Shown here one piece after another: positions 56,601 through 64,000 of a stretch of DNA of 64,000 nt (the first letter of the stretch is position 1; the number at the start of each line of letters is the position of its first letter). The notes beneath the pieces were generated by a model. It was not told where the DNA came from, did no database searches, and saw only the letters and a list, made by a program, of their open reading frames with translations. The translations under genes were made by a program, and so were the position numbers. The DNA is from an uncultured Pseudomonadota bacterium (GTDB lineage Bacteria; Oederibacteriota; Muellerivitia; Muellerivitales; Muellerivitaceae), in the NCBI GenBank assembly GCA_963836235.1, contig CAWIIP010000002.1:416001-480000 (forward strand), read 5' to 3'.

Positions 56601-57037
56601 GGTTTATCCACCTTCTTCATGGCGGCAGTCCAAAAAGAAAACCATTTGGGGTAATAATCCGGCCCCTCGTCTAAGATCACAATTTGATCCGATTTCGGCG
56701 TCACCATTCCCAATTGTTCCCGAGCCACTTTTTCAATACGGGAGAGGCTGTTCACTTCGTGCATCTGATACTTCAAATAGTAATATTGGTTGGTCAATTG
56801 CTGTTTCTGGGTTTTCAGGCTTTGAACCTCGTAGCTCAACTTGACGACCTGCATGTGCTGCCAAACATAGAAGAAAAGGAAAAGACTCAAAACCAAAACA
56901 CCCCAAAAGGTTCCCTTGAAATCCTTCCGTTGGACGGCTTTGGCCAGATTGCCCCGCCAGAAAAGGTCCGCGTTGAGAGCCTCACCGGCCGTCGAAAAAA
57001 AATGTTCTTTCATGGAAACGGCTTCGGGGGTTCTCAA
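56597..57037 (-). CDS. ftsL: Cell division protein FtsL
   Basis: TM, coiled coil and RIEKVAREQLGM..P; lies between rsmH and ftsI. Confidence 0.9.
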   Translation of the reverse strand: MRTPEAVSMKEHFFSTAGEALNADLFWRGNLAKAVQRKDFKGTFWGVLVLSLFLFFYVWQHMQVVKLSYEVQSLKTQKQQLTNQYYYLKYQMHEVNSLSRIEKVAREQLGMVTPKSDQIVILDEGPDYYPKWFSFWTAAMKKVDKP

Positions 57038-57996
57038 GTCGCTCCCTCCACGCGGAGTTTCTCCGCGACGCGCAGCTTGGCGCTACGAGACCGTGGATTT
57101 TGAGTCAATTCTTCTTCTGAAGCGCTCACGGGTTTGCCGGTAAGAATACGGAGGGAGGCCTTGTGCCCACAAACGCATTGAAGTATTTCAGGGGGACAAA
57201 GACAGTTGGTGGCTTCCATTTTGAAGAATTGCTTAACGATACGGTCTTCCAGGGAATGGAAGGTAATGACTGCGATACGTCCACCTGGTTTGAGCACTCT
57301 CAGGGACGTCCGCAGGCCTTTTTTCAGCATTTCCAACTCACGGTTCACTTCGATGCGTATCGCTTGGAAAAGCCGGGTAGCGGGATGTTTTGAATGGTGT
57401 CCTTTCTTTGACCGCGGCCTGCCACAAACCCGCAGGGCTAAGTCAGCCAACTCGCCGGTTCTTTCAAAAGGCTTTTGTTCCCGGGCCCTCAGGATGGCGC
57501 GGGCCAAAGCACGGGCTTTAGGCTCTTCACCATATTCGAAAATGATTTTGGAGAGTTTTTCTTCCGGATAGGTATTCAAAACCCAAGCGGCCGTATGGCC
57601 GCTGGTCGTGTCCATGCGCATATCCAAAGGCCCTTCCTGATTGAAGGAAAAGCCGCGGTGCGCCGTGTCCAACTGAAGTGAGGATACGCCGATATCCATC
57701 AACACGCTGTCAACCTCGCTGATCGAGAGATCTTTCAGCACCCACAGGAGGTCGGCGAAGTTGGCCTTGAACAGGGAGACCCTAGGGTCTTTCCTGAGTG
57801 CTCGGCCGGCGTGTTGAAGGGCATCGACATCCTGGTCCAACCCAACCAAGCGGCCTTTCGGCAGGAGCTTTAACAATTCCTGCGAGTGGCCGCCCATCCC
57901 GACCGTGAGATCCAAGACAACCCCGTCGGGAGGGGGGGACAACAACTCCACCGCTTCTTTTAAAAGAACCGGTAAATGGACTTGATCAGCTGTCAA
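57034..57996 (-). CDS. rsmH: 16S rRNA m4C1402 methyltransferase
   Basis: HLPVL, D.TVG.GGHS, DIGVSS.QLD, RGFSF, PLDMRM, FQAIRIEVN, FHSLEDR, NPRSRSAKLR; probable TTG start at 57996 overlapping the STAS stop (track ORF starts 58053). Confidence 0.97.
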   Translation of the reverse strand: MTADQVHLPVLLKEAVELLSPPPDGVVLDLTVGMGGHSQELLKLLPKGRLVGLDQDVDALQHAGRALRKDPRVSLFKANFADLLWVLKDLSISEVDSVLMDIGVSSLQLDTAHRGFSFNQEGPLDMRMDTTSGHTAAWVLNTYPEEKLSKIIFEYGEEPKARALARAILRAREQKPFERTGELADLALRVCGRPRSKKGHHSKHPATRLFQAIRIEVNRELEMLKKGLRTSLRVLKPGGRIAVITFHSLEDRIVKQFFKMEATNCLCPPEILQCVCGHKASLRILTGKPVSASEEELTQNPRSRSAKLRVAEKLRVEGAT

Positions 57997-58321
57997 AACG
58001 GGCGACGGCTTCATCCTCATCAAAAACCACGTCAAAGTTGGAATAAGCGCCAACCAACTTGAAAAGGTTCTCGACGTAAGGAATGAGACCGACCAACTTG
58101 ATTTCCCCGCCCAGGGCTTTAAAGCGTTGATTTCTTTCGGCTAACTTTGAAATGGCGTTGAGTGAAACATGTTTCACTTGGCGGAAATTTAAAACAACCT
58201 TATTTTTGTTCTCCAAAACCAGGTCCGTCATGGAACGAAGTAAAGCCTCCATATCACTCATGCCGATATCACCGGCCAAGCGCAGGACTGTCACGGTTTC
58301 AGTTGATGTCGAAACTGCCAT
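57986..58321 (-). CDS. STAS domain protein (anti-sigma-factor antagonist-like) 2
   Basis: VLRLAGDI, VVLNFRQVKHVS, GGEIKLVGL..YVENLFKLVG, DEDEAV; start ATG 58321 or TTG 58369. Confidence 0.85.
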   Translation of the reverse strand: MAVSTSTETVTVLRLAGDIGMSDMEALLRSMTDLVLENKNKVVLNFRQVKHVSLNAISKLAERNQRFKALGGEIKLVGLIPYVENLFKLVGAYSNFDVVFDEDEAVARFDS

Positions 58322-58374
58322 TTTTTCCCCTAAACATTCATCTTTTGTCCGCAAAAAGCCAACCGTCAATCGTG

Positions 58375-58728
58375 TTAAGCGATGGCCACGTTGCGTCCTG
58401 TTTTTTCCATCATTTCGGTTACGTTCTGATATGTATCGAAGAGTGTGTCCACGCCCATGGTTCGAAAAAGATGCATGAGACGGCTATTCAACCCCACAAT
58501 CTTCAAATCCCCCCTCTTGAAGCGCACGTGGTTCCAGTGATTGACCAGGGCCCCCAACCCTTTTGCGTTCATAAACGAAACGTCAGTCAAATCCAAAACC
58601 ACACGCATGTAACCTTTTTTCATCAGCGTCTCAATGGCATTCCCCAGTTTCCCCAGGTCGTCCTCGCTCATATCGCCATTGACGTGAACTAGCGAGAACT
58701 TTTCTCTTATTTCGATTCCGATTTCCAT
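58375..58728 (-). CDS. STAS domain protein (anti-sigma-factor antagonist-like) 1
   Basis: VHVNGDM, VVLDLTDVSFMNAKGLGALV, GDLKIVGLNSRL..LF..MG. Confidence 0.87.
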   Translation of the reverse strand: MEIGIEIREKFSLVHVNGDMSEDDLGKLGNAIETLMKKGYMRVVLDLTDVSFMNAKGLGALVNHWNHVRFKRGDLKIVGLNSRLMHLFRTMGVDTLFDTYQNVTEMMEKTGRNVAIA

Positions 58729-58746
58729 TTAAGTTCCCCTACCCAA

Positions 58747-59217
58747 TTAAAGGTTTAAGGACTGAATGCCTTTATCCGATAACTTTTGGCCCAAAAGCTC
58801 CAAGGATTGCGACGTCTGCGCATGGTAGTTTTCGTACTTCGCCTTATCCCAAATCTCCACACGGTGAAGCATTCCAACGATCACCACGCTTTTTCCCAAA
58901 CCCGCTTCCTTGCGCAATACGGGCGAAATTACGATGCGTCCCTGTTGGTCAATCTCCACTTCGTCCGTAGCCCGAAGAACCGTTCTTTGAAACTGCCGAA
59001 CCTCCGCGTTTAAGGTGTCGAGCGAAGAGAGCTTTTCCTCTATCTTTTTCCAAGCGTCCATCGGGTATAAGAAAAGACATTGGTCGAATCCCAAGGTCAA
59101 AACCAAGGGCGTCTCGTGATCGCTTTTAATCTGTTCACGAAACCGGGCCGGTATGTTCAGGCGGCCCTTATCGTCAACGGTGTTATGAAAAATCCCTCGG
59201 AACACTTTTTTCTCCAC
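58747..59217 (-). CDS. mraZ: Transcriptional regulator MraZ
   Basis: FRG.F..TVDDKGRL.IPA.FR, IDQQGRI, EIWD. Confidence 0.97.
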   Translation of the reverse strand: MEKKVFRGIFHNTVDDKGRLNIPARFREQIKSDHETPLVLTLGFDQCLFLYPMDAWKKIEEKLSSLDTLNAEVRQFQRTVLRATDEVEIDQQGRIVISPVLRKEAGLGKSVVIVGMLHRVEIWDKAKYENYHAQTSQSLELLGQKLSDKGIQSLNL

Positions 59218-59300
59218 TTTCCAAAGAACATTTCCAGGGCTGAACCCCAGGATGGAAAAACAGTTTTTGTTGAAAAATAAGGAGTTTCGTGAGTTTTATA

Positions 59301-59326
59301 CCACTTTACCCCACTATTCCCCACTT
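59301..59326 (-). promoter_or_regulatory. MraZ binding repeats (three AGTGG boxes at 10-bp period)
   Basis: Minus strand AAGTGGGGAA-TAGTGGGGTA-AAGTGG upstream of mraZ matches the established GTGG direct-repeat MraZ operator. Confidence 0.82.
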
Positions 59327-59332
59327 CGAGCC

Positions 59333-59360
59333 ATTATGCTCTACTTTTTGACTCCGTCAA
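59333..59360 (-). promoter_or_regulatory. Sigma70-type dcw (Pmra) promoter
   Basis: Minus strand TTGACG-16 nt-CATAAT immediately upstream of the MraZ boxes. Confidence 0.6.
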
Positions 59361-59469
59361 GCGATTTTTCTTTAAAAATGGGGGATTTTACATAGGGTAA
59401 AAGTGGGGCAAGGGGGTTAAACTGACGTCGTTTTTACGAACTTTAAAACCTGGGGAGCATGTTAGAGGA

Positions 59470-60033
59470 ATGTGTCAAAAGGCTGGAATTTCATCAAAAA
59501 ATGGGCCATTTTTACTGATTTTAGGGCTATTAGCCCTAACCGGCTGTTACCAACCAACCGTTAAAACCCACCCACTCTCCCACCCCCTTTCTACTCAAAT
59601 GGTATTTAAAGCCTCGGTTTTCAAAGTACAGAAAACCATCAGCGAAATTTTCAAATCCAATCCCAAAGATCTTTTTCAACTCCCCTCTGATTCCCCGCCG
59701 ACTTTTTCTTTGTATTGGAAAGGAGGCCGTCACCCGGAAGAAGTAACGATTTTTAAAAATCCCGTGGATGAAAATGATGTGTATGTCAGTTGTAATGAAA
59801 TGCCCATCTGCAGATCAAAGGTTTATACCGATTGGAGGGCAAGACCACTGGAGTACCTGGCGGACTTTCAACTTCATATTATTCCCCAAGGCGCGAAGGA
59901 AACGCTAGTGAAGGTAATTACCGTTAATCCAAGAGTAATGGCGAGGGAAACTTATTTGGATGTCCAGCCAACGACCGTCGAGGAAGACGAAATACTTAAC
60001 TGCATAGAAAAAAAAATAAAGAACGGAGTTTGA
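59470..60033 (+). CDS. Hypothetical lipoprotein
   Basis: LLILGLLALTG-C lipobox; AGAGGA SD. Confidence 0.7.
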   Translation: MCQKAGISSKNGPFLLILGLLALTGCYQPTVKTHPLSHPLSTQMVFKASVFKVQKTISEIFKSNPKDLFQLPSDSPPTFSLYWKGGRHPEEVTIFKNPVDENDVYVSCNEMPICRSKVYTDWRARPLEYLADFQLHIIPQGAKETLVKVITVNPRVMARETYLDVQPTTVEEDEILNCIEKKIKNGV

Positions 60034-60045
60034 CCATCTTCGGTT

Positions 60046-60291
60046 TTATTTTGAGTTGTTGATAGAAGTATTGTTTTGGTTACTATCCGATTGGCTTATC
60101 AGATTACCCATAACCATGAGAAAGAAACTAAAAGCTAAAGCCATGACAACCAGAATAATAATATTTTTAAGGGGCATTTTCGTCAGGTCGCGCGTAGTTT
60201 TCTTCCGGGGTTTGGCCTTGAAATCATGCCAGCAGTTATCGCAAATTTTATCTGATTGACTTGCCTTTTGACATTGGGGACAAATGACCAT
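60046..60291 (-). CDS. Small Zn-ribbon + TM hypothetical protein
   Basis: CPQC...CDNC, a basic linker and one TM segment. Confidence 0.65.
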   Translation of the reverse strand: MVICPQCQKASQSDKICDNCWHDFKAKPRKKTTRDLTKMPLKNIIILVVMALAFSFFLMVMGNLISQSDSNQNNTSINNSK

Positions 60292-60307
60292 CTCAGACGC
60301 CTTTCCC

Positions 60308-61795
60308 TTACTTGGTTAGGACTTGTTGGATGGACTTTTTCCAGCCGTCCCACAGCGACTTGCGTTTATTTTTTTTCATTCGGGGAAAAAACACTTTATC
60401 TACCCGCCGGATTTTTTGGATTTCGGCGCTGTTTTTCCAATATCCCACCTGCAACCCAGCCAGGAAGGCGGCTCCCATGTTGGTGGTCTCCGTCACTTTT
60501 GGGCGGTTGATTTTAATTTTAAGAAGATCGGATTGGAATTGCATCAAAAGATTGTTCTGACAAGCCCCACCGTCCACCCGCAGTTCTTTAAGTTTTAGAT
60601 GGGAGTCTTTTAACATGGCATCTACCAGGTCCTTCGATTGGTACGCCAAAGATTCCAAAGCGGCCCGAACCACATGCTCTCTTTTGGTTCCGCGGGTAAT
60701 TCCCAACAAGGCCCCACGGGCGTGGGCATCCCAATAGGGGGCTCCCAACCCCACAAAAGCCGGAACTAGGTAAACTCCCCCCGTATCCGGCACTTTACTT
60801 GAAACGGCTTCCGACTCCGGTGCGGTCTTAATGAGTTGCAAGCCATCCCTCAGCCATTGGACTGCCGCCCCACCGATAAAGACCGACCCTTCTAGGGCGT
60901 AAACCGGCTGTCCTTTTCCGTCACAGGCCAGGGTGGTTAAAAGTTTATTTTTGGAAAGGATGTGCTTTTTTCCTAAGTTCAAAAGCAAGAAACAGCCTGT
61001 TCCATAAGTGTTTTTCAAAGTTCCAGGCTCATGACATCCCTGGCCGAAAAGAGCGGCTTGTTGGTCCCCGGCGATTCCCGTGATGGGAATTCCCTCTCCC
61101 AAATAACTTTGAGTTGAGGTGGTTCCAAAGTGACTGGAGGAAGCCTGGACCTTTGCCAAAAGCGGAGCGGGTAAGTGAAAAATCTCTAATAACGCCGGGT
61201 CCCATTGCTTTTGACGGATATTAAAAAGAAGCGTCCGAGAGGCGTTGGAATAATCCGTTGCGTGTGAGCGGCCGCCAGTGAAGTTCCATAAAAGCCAGGA
61301 ATCGATGGTTCCAAAAGCCAGTTCTCCCCGGGCCGCTTTGGAGGCCGCACCCGGCACGTTTCGAAGCAGCCATTCCACCTTGGTTCCAGAGAAATAAGCG
61401 TCAATGACCAGGCCGGTCTTGTTCAGGAACAACTTTTCTTTACCTTGAGCTTTTAATTGGTCGCATCGATGGGCTGTCCGGCGGCATTGCCAAACAATGG
61501 CGCGATGAATAGGTTTGCCGGTCTTTTGGTCCCAAATGACCGTGGTTTCGCGCTGATTGGTAATGCCAATAGCGGCTATTTGGGAAGGCTTGATCCCCGC
61601 TGCTTTGAGGGCTTTCTTCCCCGTCTCCTCCACTGTCCGCCATATTTCATTGGCATCATGCTCAACCCAGCCAGGCTTTGGGAAATATTGAGTGAACTCT
61701 TGATAGGCGCTACCCACCACCTTGCCCGAATGGTCGAAAAGGTGGGTTCGGGTGCCGGTTGTTCCTTGGTCGATGGCCAGGATTAACTTGGACAT
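60308..61795 (-). CDS. glpK: Glycerol kinase
   Basis: LAIDQGTTG, GITNQRETT, IVWQCRR, YFSGTK, GDQQAALFG, KNTYGTGCF, LRVDGGA; GGAGG SD before ATG 61795. Confidence 0.97.
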   Translation of the reverse strand: MSKLILAIDQGTTGTRTHLFDHSGKVVGSAYQEFTQYFPKPGWVEHDANEIWRTVEETGKKALKAAGIKPSQIAAIGITNQRETTVIWDQKTGKPIHRAIVWQCRRTAHRCDQLKAQGKEKLFLNKTGLVIDAYFSGTKVEWLLRNVPGAASKAARGELAFGTIDSWLLWNFTGGRSHATDYSNASRTLLFNIRQKQWDPALLEIFHLPAPLLAKVQASSSHFGTTSTQSYLGEGIPITGIAGDQQAALFGQGCHEPGTLKNTYGTGCFLLLNLGKKHILSKNKLLTTLACDGKGQPVYALEGSVFIGGAAVQWLRDGLQLIKTAPESEAVSSKVPDTGGVYLVPAFVGLGAPYWDAHARGALLGITRGTKREHVVRAALESLAYQSKDLVDAMLKDSHLKLKELRVDGGACQNNLLMQFQSDLLKIKINRPKVTETTNMGAAFLAGLQVGYWKNSAEIQKIRRVDKVFFPRMKKNKRKSLWDGWKKSIQQVLTK

Positions 61796-61818
61796 AAAGC
61801 CTCCCGTCAAATGAAACG

Positions 61819-62568
61819 CTAAGTTTTTTTATCGAAGGCAAAAAGATCCGAAACAAAGCCCATCTTGCTTAACCGAAACTGCAAAGCGGTCCAAAGGCAC
61901 CCCAAGCCGTACTTGCTACTCCGGATAAAGTTAATGGAAGAGGCCTCGGCGAAATATTTCGCCGGACAGGTCACCTCGGCGATTTTGAAATCTAAATAGT
62001 GGATTTGGGAAAGCATCTGGTTGTCAAAAATGAAATCGTCTGAATTTTTCTCAAGGGGTATCGCCTCCAGGACTTTTCGGGTAAAGGCACGGTAACCCGT
62101 GTGATATTCGGAAAGCTTGGCCCCCATTAGGACGTTTTGCGTGAAGGTTAAAAACCGGTTGCTGATGTACTTATAAAGAGGCATTCCCCCTTTGAGCGCT
62201 TGGCCTCCCAAAATGCGGGACCCTAGCGCCACGTCATATTCTCCGCTAGCCAATAGATAAGCCATCGAAGGAATAAGCTTGGGCGTGTATTGGTAATCGG
62301 GGTGGAGCATGATGATGATATCCGCTTTGCTCTTAAGCGCCGCGGCGTAACAGGTTTTCTGGTTGCCGCCGTAACCCCGGTTCCGGGGATGAATGAAGGT
62401 CTTTATTTTCATTTTTTTGGCGAGCATGGCCGTTTCATCACTGCTCGCGTCATCCACCAGAATGACCTCATCCACGATATCCCGTGGCACCTCGTCGTAA
62501 GTTTTTTTCAACGTCTTAGCCGCGTTATAAGCCGGCATAACCACCACGACTTTCTTTTTGTGGATCAT
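61819..62568 (-). CDS. GT2 glycosyltransferase (polyprenol-phosphate sugar synthase-like)
   Basis: VVMPAYN, VDDAS.D, NRGYGGNQK, MLHPDYQY, GSR, EYHTGYRA. Confidence 0.9.
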   Translation of the reverse strand: MIHKKKVVVVMPAYNAAKTLKKTYDEVPRDIVDEVILVDDASSDETAMLAKKMKIKTFIHPRNRGYGGNQKTCYAAALKSKADIIIMLHPDYQYTPKLIPSMAYLLASGEYDVALGSRILGGQALKGGMPLYKYISNRFLTFTQNVLMGAKLSEYHTGYRAFTRKVLEAIPLEKNSDDFIFDNQMLSQIHYLDFKIAEVTCPAKYFAEASSINFIRSSKYGLGCLWTALQFRLSKMGFVSDLFAFDKKT

Positions 62569-63182
62569 TTCATTTCTTCCTTCATGAGTTTCGCGACTTC
62601 TCTCGAGTTATACCCGCCTTGTTCCAGGGCTCGGACAACTTTTTCTCTTTTTTCAGCCGTATGATTTTGGCTTAACTTCCACTTTCCTTCCAATCGGCTT
62701 ATCTCTATGCGAAAACCCACTATCATTTTTAAGAGTTTTAGGAAGTACTCCTCCGTAAGTATTCCCATATCCCAAGGTTGCGGCAGGAAACCTTCATAAA
62801 AACCGACCATCTTCTTTAAGATTCCGCTGATTTCCCTTTCATCCGCAATCGGAACAAACCGGCCATAAACATGAACCGAAACGTAATTCCAGGTTGGAAC
62901 CGATTCCAATGTTCCATACCAAGAAGGCGAAATATAGGCGTGTGGACCCTGGAAGATCATCATGACTTCTTGTCCCGCAAGGGCGGTCCACTGGGGATTG
63001 GCTTTGGCCATATGGCTCAGGAGGCTCCCCCCTGGGCCCATGTCCGGTTGAACCAAAACCGGAAGGTGGCTCGCTTCCAGTTTTCCCTCCTTTTGGGAAA
63101 CCAGTATCCCGAAATTATTCTTCTCGATGAAATCAAAAAGCCTAGAAGCGTCTTCTTTCTTAAAAACATCCGAGTTATACAT
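62565..63182 (-). CDS. FMN-binding negative transcriptional regulator (PaiB family)
   Basis: ASHLP, HMAKANPQW, GPHAYISPSWY, VPTWNY..VH, GKWKLSQN. Confidence 0.92.
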   Translation of the reverse strand: MYNSDVFKKEDASRLFDFIEKNNFGILVSQKEGKLEASHLPVLVQPDMGPGGSLLSHMAKANPQWTALAGQEVMMIFQGPHAYISPSWYGTLESVPTWNYVSVHVYGRFVPIADEREISGILKKMVGFYEGFLPQPWDMGILTEEYFLKLLKMIVGFRIEISRLEGKWKLSQNHTAEKREKVVRALEQGGYNSREVAKLMKEEMK

Positions 63183-63200
63183 AAAAAACTTTCGATCGCG

Positions 63201-63467
63201 TCAGTTGGAAGGCTTCAATAGCCGAATGCCAACCAAAAGAACCACAGACCCCAGAACGTACATTCCGAAAGTCTCCAGCCAGCCCTGAACGGGAAGATGG
63301 AAGAAATCGCCTAGAAAGCCACCCAAAAGAGCTCCCAAAATACCAACCACCATATCGGGAATAATGCCCATTCCCTTGCCATGAACAAGCTTACTGGCCA
63401 ACCATCCCGTTAAAATCCCAACCACGATAATCCCGATAAGACTATGAGCATCATGCCAGTTACCCAT
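63201..63467 (-). CDS. GlsB/YeaQ/YmgE family stress-response membrane protein
   Basis: GILTGWLA..L..G.G.G....VVGILGALLGG; AGGAGG SD. Confidence 0.88.
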   Translation of the reverse strand: MGNWHDAHSLIGIIVVGILTGWLASKLVHGKGMGIIPDMVVGILGALLGGFLGDFFHLPVQGWLETFGMYVLGSVVLLVGIRLLKPSN

Positions 63468-63506
63468 GGACGGCCTCCTTAAATGATGAGGATGACTTTT
63501 ATTATC

Positions 63507-64000
63507 TTAGTTGATGGCTCTTAATATTTGGGAATGAACCAGGCTGTTACTGGAAAGGGAGTTCCCGCTATAGATGGTCTTCTTCCCCGAAAGGTCGGTA
63601 AACTTGCCGCCCGCCTCTTCCAAGCAAATCTTGATAGCGGCGACGTCATAGGGTTTCACCACCGGCTCCAGCATGGCTTCCGTCATTCCTTGGATGACCA
63701 GGGATTGGCCAAAACAATCGCCGAAACCACGGTCGTCATAACAGATGGCGATCAGGTCGGTCAGCTTCTTGCGGTAGGATTTGGGAGTCAGCCGAATTCC
63801 CCCATAAGTCAATGTGCCGCCTTTGAGGTTTTGAATTCTGGAAACATATGCCCTTTTTCCGTTGGCATAACAGCCAAGCCCCTTGCCCGCCCAAAGGGTC
63901 ATCGAGATGGCTGGATGATGAATAACCCCCACCACCACCTCCCCCCGGTATTCCAACCCAATCAAGGTCCCCCAAAAAGGTATCCCCCGGATAAATTGCC
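63507..64000 (-). CDS. Inositol monophosphatase family (histidinol-phosphatase HisN-like), 5' truncated
   Basis: Frame is open to the window end: QFIRGIPFWGTLIGL..., RGFGD, KPYDVAA...EEAGGKFTD. Confidence 0.82.
   Translation of the reverse strand, partial: QFIRGIPFWGTLIGLEYRGEVVVGVIHHPAISMTLWAGKGLGCYANGKRAYVSRIQNLKGGTLTYGGIRLTPKSYRKKLTDLIAICYDDRGFGDCFGQSLVIQGMTEAMLEPVVKPYDVAAIKICLEEAGGKFTDLSGKKTIYSGNSLSSNSLVHSQILRAIN

Overview
Bacterial genomic window with almost all genes on the minus strand. (1) 1-15 kb, accessory region. It holds a partial GH18 chitinase-like gene (not in the ORF track), a GH16 beta-glucanase and an SBBP beta-propeller protein; these last two carry mucin-like Thr/Pro linkers and C-terminal T9SS-CTD/FlgD-Ig-like domains. 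It also holds an AraC regulator, two lipoproteins, DHFR-like/DinB-like/YdeI genes, a frameshifted membrane gene and an MFS transporter, interspersed with palindromic intergenic repeats. It ends at a duplicated 3' end of guaA (att-like scar). (2) 15-23 kb: guaA, ABM, guaB, a zinc-finger membrane protein, RidA and rel. (3) 23-33 kb: an O-antigen-ligase/TPR gene, two paralogous GT-C glycosyltransferases, HU and an AT-rich signalling trio whose NtrC-like member has lost its ATPase and GAFTGA motifs. (4) 33-39 kb: an OGG1-type glycosylase, pgeF, an amidase and a deacetylase. (5) 39-59 kb: complete dcw cluster (mraZ to ftsZ), with two STAS genes inserted between mraZ and rsmH and four short unannotated ORFs bridging the intergenic gaps through start/stop overlaps. 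(6) 59-64 kb: lipoprotein, glpK, GT2, PaiB-like, GlsB-like and a partial IMPase/HisN gene. No rRNA, tRNA, CRISPR array or transposase was recognised. The lineage cannot be assigned from sequence alone; the architecture suggests a non-Bacteroidota diderm, possibly a candidate phylum (inference).
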